Below are positions 40,585-54,074 of a stretch of 64,000 nt of DNA, in pieces (positions within the stretch are counted from its first letter, which is position 1; each line of letters starts with the position of its first letter). The stretch lies in the NCBI GenBank assembly GCA_951406725.2, contig OX597823.1:88722001-88786000 (forward strand). Reading direction: 5' to 3'. A program made the position numbers and the translations under genes. The DNA comes from Octopus vulgaris. Taxonomy: Eukaryota. Under the pieces are notes generated by a model. The model was given only the letters and a program-made list of their open reading frames with translations. It made no database searches and was not told where the DNA came from.

Positions 40585-40979
40585 TTACATGTTTCAGTTA
40601 TTTCACTGCAGCCATGCTGAAGCACCGCCTTTAGTCGAGCAAATCGACCCCAGGACTTACTCTTTGTAAGCCTTGTACTTATATTATCGGGCTCTTTTGC
40701 TGAACCACTAAGTAACGGGGACATAAACACACCACCATCGGTTGTCTAGCGATGTTGGTGGATCAAACGCAGACCCACAAACATATACACGCACATACGG
40801 ATATATACATATATACGACAAGCTTCTAACAGTTTCTGTCTGCGAAATCCACTCACAAGGCTTTGGTCGGCCCAAGGCTATAGTCGAAGACACTTGCCGA
40901 AAGTGCCACGCAGTGGGACTGAGCCCGGAACCATGTCGTTGGTAAGCAAGCAACTTACCACACAGCTATTCCTGCGGCT
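40585..40979 (-). mobile_element. SINE family B
   Basis: Full-length match. Confidence 0.9.
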
Positions 40980-40994
40980 ATATATATATATATA

Positions 40995-41226
40995 TTTCTT
41001 TACTACCCACAAGGGGCAAAACATAGAGGGGACAAACAAGGACAGACAAAGGGATTAAATCGATCACATCGACCCTAGTGCGTAACTGGTACTTAATTTA
41101 TCGACCCCGAAAGGATGAAAGGCAAAGTCGACCTCGGCGGAATTTGAACTCAGAACACTTAACGGCAGACGAAATACGGCTACGCATTTCGACAGGCGTG
41201 CTAACGTTTCTGCCAGCTCGCCGCCC
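40995..41226 (-). mobile_element. SINE family A
   Basis: Full-length reverse match ending ..ctgccagctcgccgcc. Confidence 0.92.
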
Positions 41227-41261
<35 letters not shown>

Positions 41262-42189
41262 TTGTGTGTGTATGCATATGTATCTCTGGTCGTGTATTTG
41301 TATGCCTATATTATTTTGAAATACATATTACCTTTGAGCAAGTGTTATCAAATGGCATTATGCCCTGTGTTTCGTCGTGGGGAAACATGTTTGTTTTCAT
41401 AGGCTTTCCTAACCGATATATTTATGAATTATGCATGTTTTAAACAAATATGCGAGAGATAAGTAGAAATATCTTTTCCGGCTAAGCGCCTGTCTGGTCG
41501 GTGTTTTGTACAACGTTAACATCTCAATTTTGTGTACATAGCTTAGAAACTAACTTCCAAATGTAAGTAGAAACCTCATGCCAAGAATGGCTTGCTACCG
41601 AGGTATGCAGCGCGAAAAATGTGAAATGGCAATCGTTTCACCAACTTCCTATAATTTGTAGATCAAATTGTCCGAATGGTTCGAATCTTCTTCTTCTTAG
41701 TATAACAAAAATACCACAGCGGTAGACGTTTTGAAGGTTCATAGATTCAGATGAGATTGCTGAATCCCTTTATCAGAGCTCACTCTGTTTACAACACGTG
41801 TGTATGTGTAGTCTCACACTTGCATACGTATTCAGAAGCCAGATTTTCGTTTTAAATACACATTTTTTTCCGTTAGTTTCGTCTCCATTTAAATTCCCAA
41901 GACCACTGACCTTCCCTCCAGAACAAGACAGAATGAAAATTTTAATGTATCAGGTAACTTAAAAATTTGATCGCAGGACTGGGTATCTGTCAGCCAAATG
42001 TTTTCTGAAGAGATGTATCATGTCAAGCATTTTCGAATCTCGTCGACCAGTTTCTTACACGATTCCCAGTCCTTCATTTCTGCAACACAATATCCTTCAA
42101 TATTTGTGTTCTTCAGCAATAATTAAACGTACGTTGAACAAGGCCTGCTTCTAATATCATATATGTATTTCCACTGTACTATGGGGTTT

Positions 42190-42400
42190 CTAATTCCGAT
42201 TCAAGATCAGTAATTTTTCGAAGTGGATAAACCGATCACATCGACTCCAGTGATCAACTGCTTGCTACTTATTTTATTGACCCCGAAACAAATGAAAGCA
42301 AAGTTGACCTAGGGAGAATTTGGACCCAGAAAGTAAAGACGGACGAAATGCTGCCAAGCATTTTCACAGCATTCAAACGATCCTGCCAGCTCTTTGCCTT
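42190..42400 (-). mobile_element. Degenerate SINE family A
   Basis: catcgactccagt..gaccccgaaa..aaagttgacct..ctgccagctc. Confidence 0.75.
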
Positions 42401-42524
42401 CGCTTCTACAGTAATATTTGACGTACAGGTTCATCTTTTCTCCACTGACGGTCCCACAGACTGAAGTCGACAATATTTCATGATTTCAATTAATGGTTTC
42501 TATTAATAATGATATATATGCCGT

Positions 42525-42748
42525 CTTCATCATTTAACGTCCGCTTTCCATGCTGCCATGGGCTGAACGGTTTGACTGAAAACTGTCAAACCGGGAGGGT
42601 GGCTGCACCAGGATCCAATCTGATTTGACAAGGTTTCGGCAGATGGATTTGCCCTTTATAACGCCAGCCACTCCCAGAGTGTAGTAGGTGTTTTTTACGT
42701 GCCACCGGCACGGGTGCTAGTCAGAGGGCGCTGGCATCGTCCACGATT
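42525..42748 (-). mobile_element. SINE 3' fragment, family E (RTE-type tail)
   Basis: catcatttaacgtccgctttccatgc..ggatttgccctttataacgccagccac..tacgtgccaccggcacg. Confidence 0.55.
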
Positions 42749-43210
42749 ATGATTTCATTCGGTATGCATTTTCGGTAAAGGTTGCTTCAAAGAAACTTCC
42801 TTTAATTTCTGCAGTATTTAAATATATGCTCTATTTAGGCCGTTTTGTATCAGTTTTGTAAGTTTCCATTACTCAAACCCATATAGCAATGTTATCTGCG
42901 CCAGCTCTAAAAGGTCATTTTGATAGAAATTACTCTCATATTTCGGATATTGTATTCATTGCTGACTACGTTAATTATTAGAAAATGAATCATATCCTAC
43001 CTCCTTGAAAAGGGGTGGGTGAGGTGTTGCAGATGTTACAGAATGATTCAGAACACCCTTTAACGTCTAAATGATAATTACAATATTCATTTTTGATTTT
43101 GTAAGAAATTTTTCTGCAAATTATTTTAACACTCTTCGATCGACTTGAAGAGAATATTTTTGTAATATCTATGTCTGTATGTATCTACCTATCTATCCAT
43201 CCATCTATTT

Positions 43211-43242
<32 letters not shown>

Positions 43243-44111
43243 GCCTGTTTTGTTTATGTATGTCTGTCTATATCTGTTTATCTATGTATGTATATACATG
43301 GTGAGAAAACATAATGCACGAACTAGTTCAAATTTTATGGAAGCGAGAAATATATTAGAACTTTTCTCACCGTCTTGCCCTTCATAAAACATTCAAGTGA
43401 TTTTCAGAGTAGCTCATTTAAGGATCTGCTTAGCTCTAAAACGTCAAACCATCGGAATGGAACACAGAACAATTAAACGTAAAAATCTATTTGATAATTA
43501 AACCTAAAAATCACGCAGACATCTGACATTACTCGTAAATGATACAAGAAGCCATTTGTAGACACCGTTTAATCCACTAAACATCAGACTTTATAATCAG
43601 AGCTAAAGGCAGGTACATGAAAACTGAAACCTGCTAAATTGAATTATGAATCACCTGGTATAGAAAATATTCTGTGTGGTTTCTAAAGACATATCATAAA
43701 AGTGATTCATTCAAAAAACCTCACAAAACTATGCCTTTGTATAGAATATACCAACAGCAAGGATAAGTAACTCGTTACAAGATAATTGTATTTCTTGCAG
43801 GTCCATTTCCAAAATAGTAACTAGCGACGCTCCTCTACATGCCTTACGTCCGTTTCGTTTACATAAAGTCGGGAACATGATTTATGTTCTACCAATGCCA
43901 ATGCAGTTGTTTTCCTCTCAAATCAACTAAATGTTCTCATTGGTTCCCATAAACTACTCTTGTAATCTCATGTCACTGACATCAATACTTAATTTCAACG
44001 AGAAAGCAGGATTGTAATGTAACTACATTTCAACTTCTACATAATTTTTTAAACTTAAATCATACTTCATCTTCGTCTTTTTATTCTTTACTTTGCTTTC
44101 TTTCCGTCTCT

Positions 44112-44149
<38 letters not shown>

Positions 44150-45264
44150 ACCTTGTATTTAATCCTGACTCTTTTTCTTTCCCAACAATATAGGTACACA
44201 TACCTTATGAAAATGATAACAACCAAACTATGTTGAGTGATTTTCTCGTATGAGTACAAACTGGGTCACTCTGCCGCAGAAGCTCTACGGAATATCAAGC
44301 GGGCCTTTGATAATGGATTAGTTGACTATTCAGAGGTGGTTCCAAAGTTCTCGTTCAGGAGATGATAGTCTTGAATATAAATCAAGAGGGAGGCCAAAAT
44401 CAGTTATTCGGCATAATGGATTAAATGCTTTTAGTTGAACAAAATCCAAGAACAAAGGTTAAAAAACATACATCACAACTCCAAACATCGCGCACAAATA
44501 TTTTTGGACACCTCTATAAAATTGGAAATGTCGAGAAAACGGATAGATTTGTTCCACATCAACTGAACGAGATTCAAAAAAAAACAGAAGCCTTGAAGTG
44601 TGCCCCTTAATGCTTTACGACTGGAAAAAAGACCATTTTTGCATCAGATCGTTACTTGTGATGAGAAATGGATACTCTTTGACAAGAGCAGGGGAACAGG
44701 AGTGATTAGATGAGGAGAGTCACCTAAACACTACCCAAACCCACTATTGCACCCTAAGGAGTTAGTGGTCACTGTATGGTGGTCTCCGAAGTGAGTTATT
44801 CATTATTCATTTCTGCAACAAGGGAAAACGGTAACACAACATCGTATTGCCAGGAAATTGCTTGTATGCATGAACATTTGAAAAAGAAGCAACCCAGACT
44901 ATCGAATAGAGATGGCTCAATTTTGCTCCACAGCTTGCAACGCCTGAATTATGAGATTTTGCAACATCCTCCCTATTCTCTTGATATCTCTCCTACTGAT
45001 CATCACTTATTTAAGCATTTTGATATTTTCATAAGCAATAAAATATTCTTAAATAGAGAAAAGGTAATTGAAGCATTCCGACAGTTTTTCAGAGCAAAAG
45101 ATGAATTTTCTTTTAAAGGTAGAATATATGACATCGACAAAACGTTGGGTAAACGTCATAAATGAACATGGATCATACTTTGATTAAATAAATCAGTTCT
45201 TTAACACTTCTGAAACATTTTGCTGTTAACTTTCAAGTATGACATTCCACGTGAAACAGACTAA
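44150..45264 (+). mobile_element. Degenerate mariner, second family
   Basis: YEYKLGHSAAEALRNI, IVTCDEKWILFD, VTVWWS and HPPYSLDISPTDHHLF motifs; right end tgacattccacgtgaaacagactaa + TA; left TIR not seen. Confidence 0.88.
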
Positions 45265-45880
45265 TATATATATATTATATATACTAAGGCACCCGTTAAA
45301 CGATGTGTAGTTTTATGTCTTATTTTTTCTCATGCATACCCAAAAGTAATTGAAATATCAATAACCAGTTTTACATATATTTACATAAATCTCTCTCTAT
45401 ATATATTATACAATTTTATCAAATATTTTATACACACAGGATAAATCCATGACAAAATAATAAATAATAAATATAAGTAATTATCAGCAACTGCTCAAGA
45501 GCAACTGTGTTCGCAGCCAAATGCATACCTGGCTTCGATACTACACTCTCGATCCTAAGCAGTTACATTTAGAAACAATATAGTTATAATCAGCAATATA
45601 CTGCAACTGCTCAGGAGCAAGTGAGTGTGTTTGCAATCAGTGCAAAAATTGTTGATGCACTCCTGACTTTGATACTGCACTTTTCTGATCCCGAGCAGTT
45701 ACATTTGAAAATAAAATGAAAATAGAATGTGCACTTATTGAAACTCAGCTTTAAACTCTTTGTTTTGAATAATTAATCCGCAAATCTCCATATAACATAT
45801 TAATATTGCAATATTTATATACTGAACATGTACAACGTAATCTTGATATATAAGATGTATATACAGGGAGGTTTTTAGAT

Positions 45881-46435
45881 TTAGACAACTTCAGTAGATA
45901 CGTTTCTAGTTAGCTTCTGTATATTATGATGGCCCCGACGTCTAGGATTTGCATTGTAATTGAAGAACCCATTTTGGTCAGCATATATTCTTATCTTGTC
46001 TGGGTCTCCAACTCTGCTGATAGCAACGTAGAACTGACCGTGAGTGAAAACTGGATTTGGTAAGTAACTGCCACATTTTGACAGACTCTGTCCTTGGTTT
46101 TTGTGTATGGAAATTGCAAAAGCCGTTCTTATTGGAAATTGGTGTCTTTGTAATGTGAAGGGTAAGTCAGAATGAGAAGACAAACTGATCCCAGGAATCA
46201 GAACAATTTGTCCCACATCAACTCCAGTCAATTTTTTTGTAGTTATTAGATTGCTATTTGCAGTTATTATTTTATACGTTGTGCCGTTACAATGACCATT
46301 TTTGTGATCAAGATTTCTGAGTAGCATTATTAGTGCTCCAATTTTTAATTTAATCTCATGCGAAGGTAGACCACTGAAATTCTTCTCTTCTTCCCTGTGA
46401 TAAATTCTCTCGTTCCGTGTGATATTGTTGAGCAT
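45881..46435 (-). pseudogene. Helitron RepHel PIF1-family helicase C-terminal fragment
   Basis: SGLPSHEIKLKIGALIMLLRNLD..GHCNGT..RHQFPIRTAFAISIHKNQGQSL..FTHGQFYVAISRV. Confidence 0.9.
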
Positions 46436-46581
46436 CTTGACATAGAATTTCTTCTCTTCTTTCCTGTAATATATATTCTCTTGCTACTCTATGTTGTTGA
46501 GAGCCTTGTAGTAAAATTTCGGAGTGTCGTGCTTGGCTCAAGTTCGCCCACGCTTTTCTCCGTCGTGTTTCTTACAGTTTC

Positions 46582-46988
46582 CTTCTTACTCTTTCTCTTT
46601 TACTTGTTTCAGTCTTTTGACTGCGGCCATGCTGGAGCACCGCCTTTAATCGAGCAACTCGACCCCGGGACTTATTCTTTGTAAGCCCAGTACTTATTCT
46701 ATCGGTCTCTTTTGCCGAACCGCTAAGTGACGGGGACATAAACACACCAGCATCGGTTGTCAAGCAATGCTAGGGGGACAAACACACACATATATATATA
46801 TATATACACATATATACGACAGGCTTCTTTTCAGTTTCCGTCTACCAAATCCACTCACAAGGCATTGGTCGGCCCGGGGCTATAGCAGAAGATACTTGCC
46901 TAAGATGCCACGCAGTGGGACTGAACCCGGAACCATGTGGTTGGTTAGCAAGCTACTTACCACACAGCCACTCCTGCGCCTATGTTTA
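46582..46988 (-). mobile_element. Young SINE family B with 16-bp TSD, inserted in the Helitron
   Basis: TSD tgtttcttacagtttc at 46566-46581 and 46989-47004. Confidence 0.95.
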
Positions 46989-47129
46989 TGTTTCTTACAG
47001 TTTCTCGTCGTTTACTGCTCAATCTTCGCCTCTCCTGTTGACGAAGTCTGGCTGCTGCTCTTCTTTTGTTAGCAATATCAGTACTCATAAGGGGATTTTG
47101 GTAGTTACAAAAAATAAGAAAATGCGCGT

Positions 47130-49130
47130 TTAAGAACACTAAACTTTCCTGAACTGATTCCCTGACATCAAATAGCAATAAATGCACACACTCATCCCAA
47201 TATTTCTCTGTCTCAAAGCAATAATTCTTGATCACACTCTTCAAGGTTTGATGAAATATCTCTAAGGCGCCCTGTGACCCAGGATTATAAGCACATGACT
47301 TAACTTGCTCAATAACCAATTGGTACATGACTTGTTGAAACGCCTTAGACATGAAATTTTAGCCCTGATCAGATTGAACATTTGGCAAACCAACTAAGGT
47401 AAAAAAACACAAAAACTTGATCAAAGCCTTGACAATCACAGGAGGGACAATCTGACCGTGGCGCACATGGCAGTGAGAAGATACTGATTACCAGACTCAG
47501 TCTCAAGTAGTGAAACAACACAATCAATGATAACTCTCCAAAAGCCTGTATAGATTTCAAAGAGAAGAAGGAATTTTCTGACTTGGTCTTCCAATAACAA
47601 ATTGGCATGCATGACAGGTTTTACAAATTCAGCCACACCTTGACTCAAACTAGGCCAAAAGAAATGTGCCAAAACCTTCTCACAAGTTTTGTTTACACCT
47701 AAATGACCTGCCATGAGATTTTCATGTGCCAGTGAAAGTACACAATTTCGTAACAATTTTGCTACGAAAATTTGATGATACAATTTCCATTCATCCTCCG
47801 CAGGAATGTCCGGCGGCCTATATTTCCTCATCAGAAAGCCATCCTTAAAGTAATAATGAACTGGAACCTTGCTGACCTCATCAAAAGCAGCTACCTTATC
47901 AGCTAACTTCTGCAACTCAACTCCTCACCCTGAGTGGTCACTGTATGTTGGTCTCCGAAGTGAGTTATTCATTATTCATTTCTGCAACAAGGGGAAACGG
48001 TAACACAACATCGTATTGCCAGGAAATTGCTTGTATGCATGAACATTTGAAAAAGAAGCAACCCAGACTATCGAATATAGATGGCTGGTACTCCTCTGCC
48101 TCTTACTGTCTCGCTCTGTGTGGGTGTGTCTGTGTGTGTGTGTGTTTCTGTATGTGTGTGAGTGTGTGTTTCTCTGTGAGTCTGTCTGTCTGTGCCTGTG
48201 TGTGTGCCCTGTATCAATATCATCGAAACTCCAATAAGCTGCTCTCTAGAAAGAATGTGATCAACACCTGACACACTTTCAGACTGATCAAGAAGACCTG
48301 AAGTTACAACCCTTTGAAGATAAGTCATCAGCCTCTACCTTCCATAAAGAATGATCCATGAAAATACCTGACAAATCATAAGTGGAATCATTCGGCAAAG
48401 AAGTCCTTCTTGTGTAGTGACTCGTTCGATGTCGAAAGTTTTACGCTCACTGCACAAGGAGGAAAATACCAGGAAAATGTTACTCCAACTTTTCTATACT
48501 AACTGAACTCTAGAAAAACAGTGACAATAAGATCAACACCAACTTTGGACCCTATAAGATCATTTCCGATAAACAAATCAACACCCGGAACAGGGAGAAA
48601 GTAAAAAACACCAACATTCATCTCACCAGGACCAGAAGAATTGCCACCTATACCCTAAATCAAAACATCTGAGTTCGGTGAAAACTCGTCACAAAAAGAC
48701 AAAATAATCCTCTCTCAAACGCCTGCCTTTTTCAAAATTTCGTAATTTCTCTTTGCCGATCAAAGCGAATGGGGAGGTAAGTCTTTCATTACAATATTAT
48801 AATTAAGAAAAATAGTTTCTCATAACACTTGGAAGAGTCCTACTTCTTACACAGGCGATTATATGTTGGCTACTCTAGGGTGAGAAGCAAAAATAATCTA
48901 TTTGCATATGTTCCACAAGGGAAAGCAAACAATACTGTTTACCAAGAGGTTTTGTAGGAGTTACTAGATCATACGATGCGCTCCAGTATCCACTCCTCTG
49001 TGAATGGTGAAGACGGATACCATCTTGGCATAATACCAACGAACTCCAAGACTTTACCAACAAAGCAGTTTCCTGCCTGGACTTCAGTATCAAAGCATAC
49101 TCTCCAATTACTCCCACCAACCACGTGGTA
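47130..49130 (-). mobile_element. Decayed Gypsy LTR-retrotransposon internal fragment (gag-PRO-INT, Gmr1-like)
   Basis: Degenerate CCHC near 48880; protease end LPVPGVDLFIGNDLIGSKV near 48545; integrase LAHENLMAGHLGVNKT..FFWP and AYNPGSQGALEIFHQTLK. Confidence 0.85.
47933..48086 (+). repeat. 154-bp copy of mariner segment 44764-44917
   Basis: 3 mismatches, no indels. Confidence 0.95.
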
Positions 49131-49139
49131 AACCATTAC

Positions 49140-49644
49140 GCCTTATTTTTTTCCAGTAATTCATTAATATATTTTCTCATGTGACTGCGTAAGATCAGCT
49201 TGTTTCTTATTCTACAGCCACACCGCCAATACAATACCAACTCTTCGCCTTCTGCAACATTTCAACTGTTCACTTCCCCGTTGCTGTCTCCCATTGCAGC
49301 CCCTTTCCGTAATGTGCCCATTTACGTACAATATATCTATTACACATACATTCATTTGACTGTCAACCATACGATGAGTCGTGTTAGACGCAGAGCCGGC
49401 CGCCGCTGAAGAGAATATATCTACTTACAGCTTTTAAGTGCGTTCAGAAATCCCATATCTCCCTACCCCAATTTTCCATGACAGATTAGGGCCTGGAATC
49501 CTCCCGACGGACGCATGACATGTCGCTTAATCAAATTAGCCTATCATTTACTCCACAAATGTTTTGTCGTCAATGCTGCACTTTCCCGTATCGCATACAA
49601 ACCATGCCATTTTAATCCTGAGCAACGCCGGGTATCTCTGCTAG
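49140..49644 (+). mobile_element. Helitron 3' portion
   Basis: Ends cctgagcaacgccgggtatctctgCTAG|T, like 24722-25114; 5' boundary uncertain. Confidence 0.65.
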
Positions 49645-50013
49645 TTATATATGTGCGTGTGGATGGCGAGTAAAAGAATACACACACATGTATGTATATA
49701 CATATTTATACATATTTATGCATTTCTATTTATATATACATAAGCATATTACGTTTATATATATATATATATATATGTTTGTATACATTCATGTGTGTAT
49801 TCTATAATTCGCCATCTACATGTCTTTTCTCCTACTTTTTTCCTTTTTGTTTCTTCCCTCCTTCCGATTTCTCCTTGTGATAACGTCATGAAGCCGAAGG
49901 AATCGCAGCTGACGAGTTCCAAACGATGAGAATATAATAGAATGTTTGAAGACCAAGGCCGACTCTTATTGAAGATTTAATTTCATTTCCACATCTAAAG
50001 CAAATATCCATTA

Positions 50014-50283
50014 ATGTATGTATGTATGTGTACATGTCTGCATGTATGTATGTATGTGTACATGTCTGCATGTATGTATGTATGTATATATGTATGTGTA
50101 CATGTCTGCATGTATGTATGTGTACATGTGTGCATGTATGTATGTATGTATGTATGTATGTATGTATGTATGAGTGTATGTATGTATGAGTGTATGTATG
50201 TGTGTGTATATGTACGTATGCATTCATGTATGTATGTACCTATGTGTGTAATTGTGTATGAGTGCATGTATGTATGGACAGAC

Positions 50284-50370
<87 letters not shown>
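50014..50370. repeat. (TATG)n-rich tract followed by (GATA)n
   Basis: Direct inspection. Confidence 0.93.
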
Positions 50371-50371
<1 letters not shown>

Positions 50372-51450
50372 GCTGCGTGCGATATTTGTAAGTGTAGGAA
50401 ACGCCTTTAAATGTTTCCCAAAATGCCAGCTGAAAGGGAGATAATACGACTGGGACTAATTGGATTGAATCCATAGAAGAATTGGTTGTAGGTTTGACAA
50501 GCGCTAAAATAGTTAAGCTGTGACACTTTTTTTATATTCTTATTGCCAGAAACCAATTATTTTTTATCGATCAGAATATAGGAATTACATCATAGTACAG
50601 TTTAAGACAGGGCTTCGTACATCGACATTTTAAATAGATCTGGATACTTTTACATGTTTAGATAAATGTTTGTGAGTGTTTGCTCGGACCTCTATGTATG
50701 TTTCTGTTTCATAGACAATATTTTTTGGTACTGATCTATTTATGAGATACATTGATTAGATATTGTGTCAGTGTCCATGCGAATTTAAAAGTACGTATGT
50801 ACGTAAATATATAGACAGGCTTTAAAGAATATATGAAAATATCTATTCGTTAGAATATCGTGTTGCTATTTAAATTTTATTTTTTTGTAATGTGTGTTTA
50901 TATTGAGAGATTTTCAATCCTGCGATCCCTTACAAAGGCATCCCAACAAGCTCTCTCTTCCTCGTGCTCCTCTGCCCCTAACTGTCTCGCTCTATGTGTG
51001 TGTGTCTGTGTGTGTGACTCTGTTTCTCAGTGAGTCTGTCTGCCTGTGACTGTGTGTGTGTCCTGTATCAATATCAGCGAAAATCCAATATATTCCTCAA
51101 CAGTACATCAAATCGCTGCACAATGAACATCATTCTAATTCAATTTATTTTCTGAAAAGTCTGTCGTCACCACAGTGTACTGACGTTGTAATTTTCATAT
51201 CCTACATACTGGAGTTACATTCAAACACACGGATATGCACATATACACAAGCACACATACACGCGTACAACATATGTGTGTATCTAGGTATATACATATA
51301 TGTGTCCGTACATGTCAGTGTGTGTGTGTCTACATATATATATAGATATGTACGTATGTATCTGTGTATGCATATTCGTACGAACGAACGAATGAGTGTG
51401 TGTATGTATATATACATACACACGCACACACGTCTATATATATATATGTG

Positions 51451-51500
<50 letters not shown>

Positions 51501-51970
51501 TACATACATACAATAATGCATAACTATTAGTATATGTATCAAGCATGCATATAGTTAAATATTGAGAGAGAACAAGGGATGGCATTTCGAAGAGAAGAGG
51601 GTGAAAGAGGACGCAACTCACACAGAAAGACAGACAACTAATGACTTATTGGTGTTGACTGACACATGAGCCTGTTTTACTTTCTAACGATTGTTGATAT
51701 ATCTCAACATAATCTCACAATTAACCTCTGTGTTATAAAAGTTCTTCTTGTCTTTATAGGCAGGCTAGTATGCAATTAAAAGACAGGATTGTGAGGTACA
51801 ACTGGTGTACGATGGGGAAATACTGTGTTCTACTAGCTTCTAAACAGAATCAATAATATATACGCTCACAAACAAACGCACACCGCTATATGAATATATG
51901 TTTGCATGATATTTACATCACATATTCATAATTATGAATGTGTGTATATGCCTCTCTCTCTCTCCCTTTG

Positions 51971-52004
<34 letters not shown>

Positions 52005-52075
52005 AAGTTCAGCAAAATTTAGATTCAGATGAATATGGTACTTAAGTTAAATGCACCAGAAATTGGTATGGCATT

Positions 52076-52208
52076 AATAAGCAACAAGGATATCCAAGGT
52101 AGTGTAGTACAATCGTTTTAAACATGGTGGAATACTTACGTTGTTTAATAAAATGAAGTAGCATAAAACAATTGCACTACACGACCTTGGAAATCCTTGT
52201 TCCTTATT
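52076..52208. repeat. Inverted repeat with 45-bp arms inside a (TA)n-flanked element of about 210 bp
   Basis: aataagcaacaaggatatccaaggtagtgtagtacaatcgtttta / taaaacaattgcactacacgaccttggaaatccttgttccttatt. Confidence 0.85.
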
Positions 52209-52211
52209 TTG

Positions 52212-52267
<56 letters not shown>

Positions 52268-52762
52268 GTGAAATAGAAAGATGAATAATCTTGTAGCAGA
52301 TTAATCAAAAGTTTAACCGATACCTTGGTAGCAAAAATCACAGCAGAAGACAGCACGGTTGGAGGTGCCTTTCGAAACACGTGTAGAATGAAATAAAACG
52401 ATTTCTGTTCAATCTTCGTTCAGCTCCATTTCTTCAATTCACCTATATATATATATATATATATATGTACATACCGGGTACATTTAAACACATAAGAGGT
52501 TTCCGTCATAAGGATTCCTTTAACGCTAGAAGGAACAGCTAAAGTCCAAACCACTATTCGGGATAAACATTCGAAGGGAATGAAAAATAATAACATTTAC
52601 CATCTATCTCCTGGATCATGTTTTCAGACTTTCTTTAGCAAATAAAATAATTTGCTTGGTGTAATCTTCATCAACAGGTACGTCTAGAGGAAATATAAGT
52701 ACGAGGCAAATCCAACATGTGCTTCTTGCTTATACATTATAATTTTTCAAATCTACCGTGCA

Positions 52763-52842
<80 letters not shown>

Positions 52843-52920
52843 AAATGTATATATATGTGTGTGTGCATATATATGTAAATATATACATATATATATATGT
52901 GTGTGTGCATATATTTGTAA

Positions 52921-52989
<69 letters not shown>

Positions 52990-52992
<3 letters not shown>

Positions 52993-53892
52993 CAAGCCAA
53001 AATAATGGAACGAGAATGTAACAGGCGATAACAAAACATCCGGACAGTTAGATGATAAAAAGGAGAGGACTGCTCCAATCTGGCCGGCCCCCAAGAAAAC
53101 CTGAGCTAAGAACCACCTAAAAAGAGAGCACGTATTGGAAGAAAGTATTCAGTAGCCGCTAAGGAAACTGAGGATCAGAGGTCCTGTTGGAAAGAGCTGC
53201 CACTCCTAGAGCTGCAACTACTCCACAGCAACGTGAAACCTATCGAGTGTGTGCTACTAATGGAAGGGCCGCAGAGACCCCACAAAAGAGTGTTCTCCGT
53301 CGAGCACGCAACTCTGTATCCACTTCTGCTCTGAAGTTGGCAGATGACGATAACCATCGGATTGTGAGACATCAGTCCAATCTTCACTGGAAGGCTCTTG
53401 CCTATGGCTATTGGAAGCCATGGAGTAGTCGATGTCATCAAAAGCGCTCAACTATGACCCAGCCGAGGATTACGCCACTCATCGAAAGACTGTTATAGTG
53501 GGTATGTCTGTTATATATCCATTTTGCAAGGTCCTCAAGTGGGTTGGAGAATTCAGTGGCCTATGCTGCTCAAACGGAAAGGTTCACTTGCCTGACCTGC
53601 AAACACTTCTCATCCTTTCCTCTCTTTACTCCTTGGCGATCACCCTGATTCGCAGCAACTTATACAGAAAATTCGTGCTTCCATATATGACAACGTTCTA
53701 AATTCAGAGCCAAACTTATCATCGCATATGCTCTATTCTTCTTGTCAACAACGCTGAACACCGATTCCTTCAAACTTCATGGGAGATACCGCTCAGCAAA
53801 CGGCTCCCTGAGCTCAGGTGGCACCTGGAACAAAGAGAAAGAAATACCACCAAAGCAACTTAAACCGTCAAAAGGACGGGTGCATTTGCTAG
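52990..53892 (+). mobile_element. Internally deleted Helitron (RepHel N-terminus joined to 3' end)
   Basis: ALNYDPAEDYATH..IVGMS..FCKVLKWVGEFSGLCCSNGKVHLP and TF*IQSQTYHRI motifs; end ccgtcaaaaggacgggtgcatttgCTAG|T. Confidence 0.85.
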
Positions 53893-53924
53893 TATTGATA
53901 TATTGACAGATAGATAGATAGATA

Positions 53925-54037
53925 ACTTAGCGGTTCTGCAAGAAGAGACCGATAGAATAATTACTAGGCTTACAACGACTAAAGGCGGTGCTCCAACATA
54001 GCCGCAGGCACATGACTGAAACAAGTAAAAGAAAAAA
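53925..54037 (+). mobile_element. SINE family B 3' half
   Basis: aacttagcggttc..gactaaaggcggtgctccaacatagccgcag..gactgaaacaagtaaaag. Confidence 0.85.
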
Positions 54038-54040
54038 GAC

Positions 54041-54074
<34 letters not shown>

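Larger units (their letters stand above)
45284..47110 (-). mobile_element. Internally deleted Helitron
   Basis: PIF1 helicase C-terminus plus a basic N-terminal piece (46990-47090); reverse-strand end catcgtttaacgggtgccTTAG|T. Confidence 0.75.

Noticed and set aside
53187-53498. 103-aa ORF that looks like a standalone gene
   Set aside because: Lies within the degenerate Helitron N-terminal region
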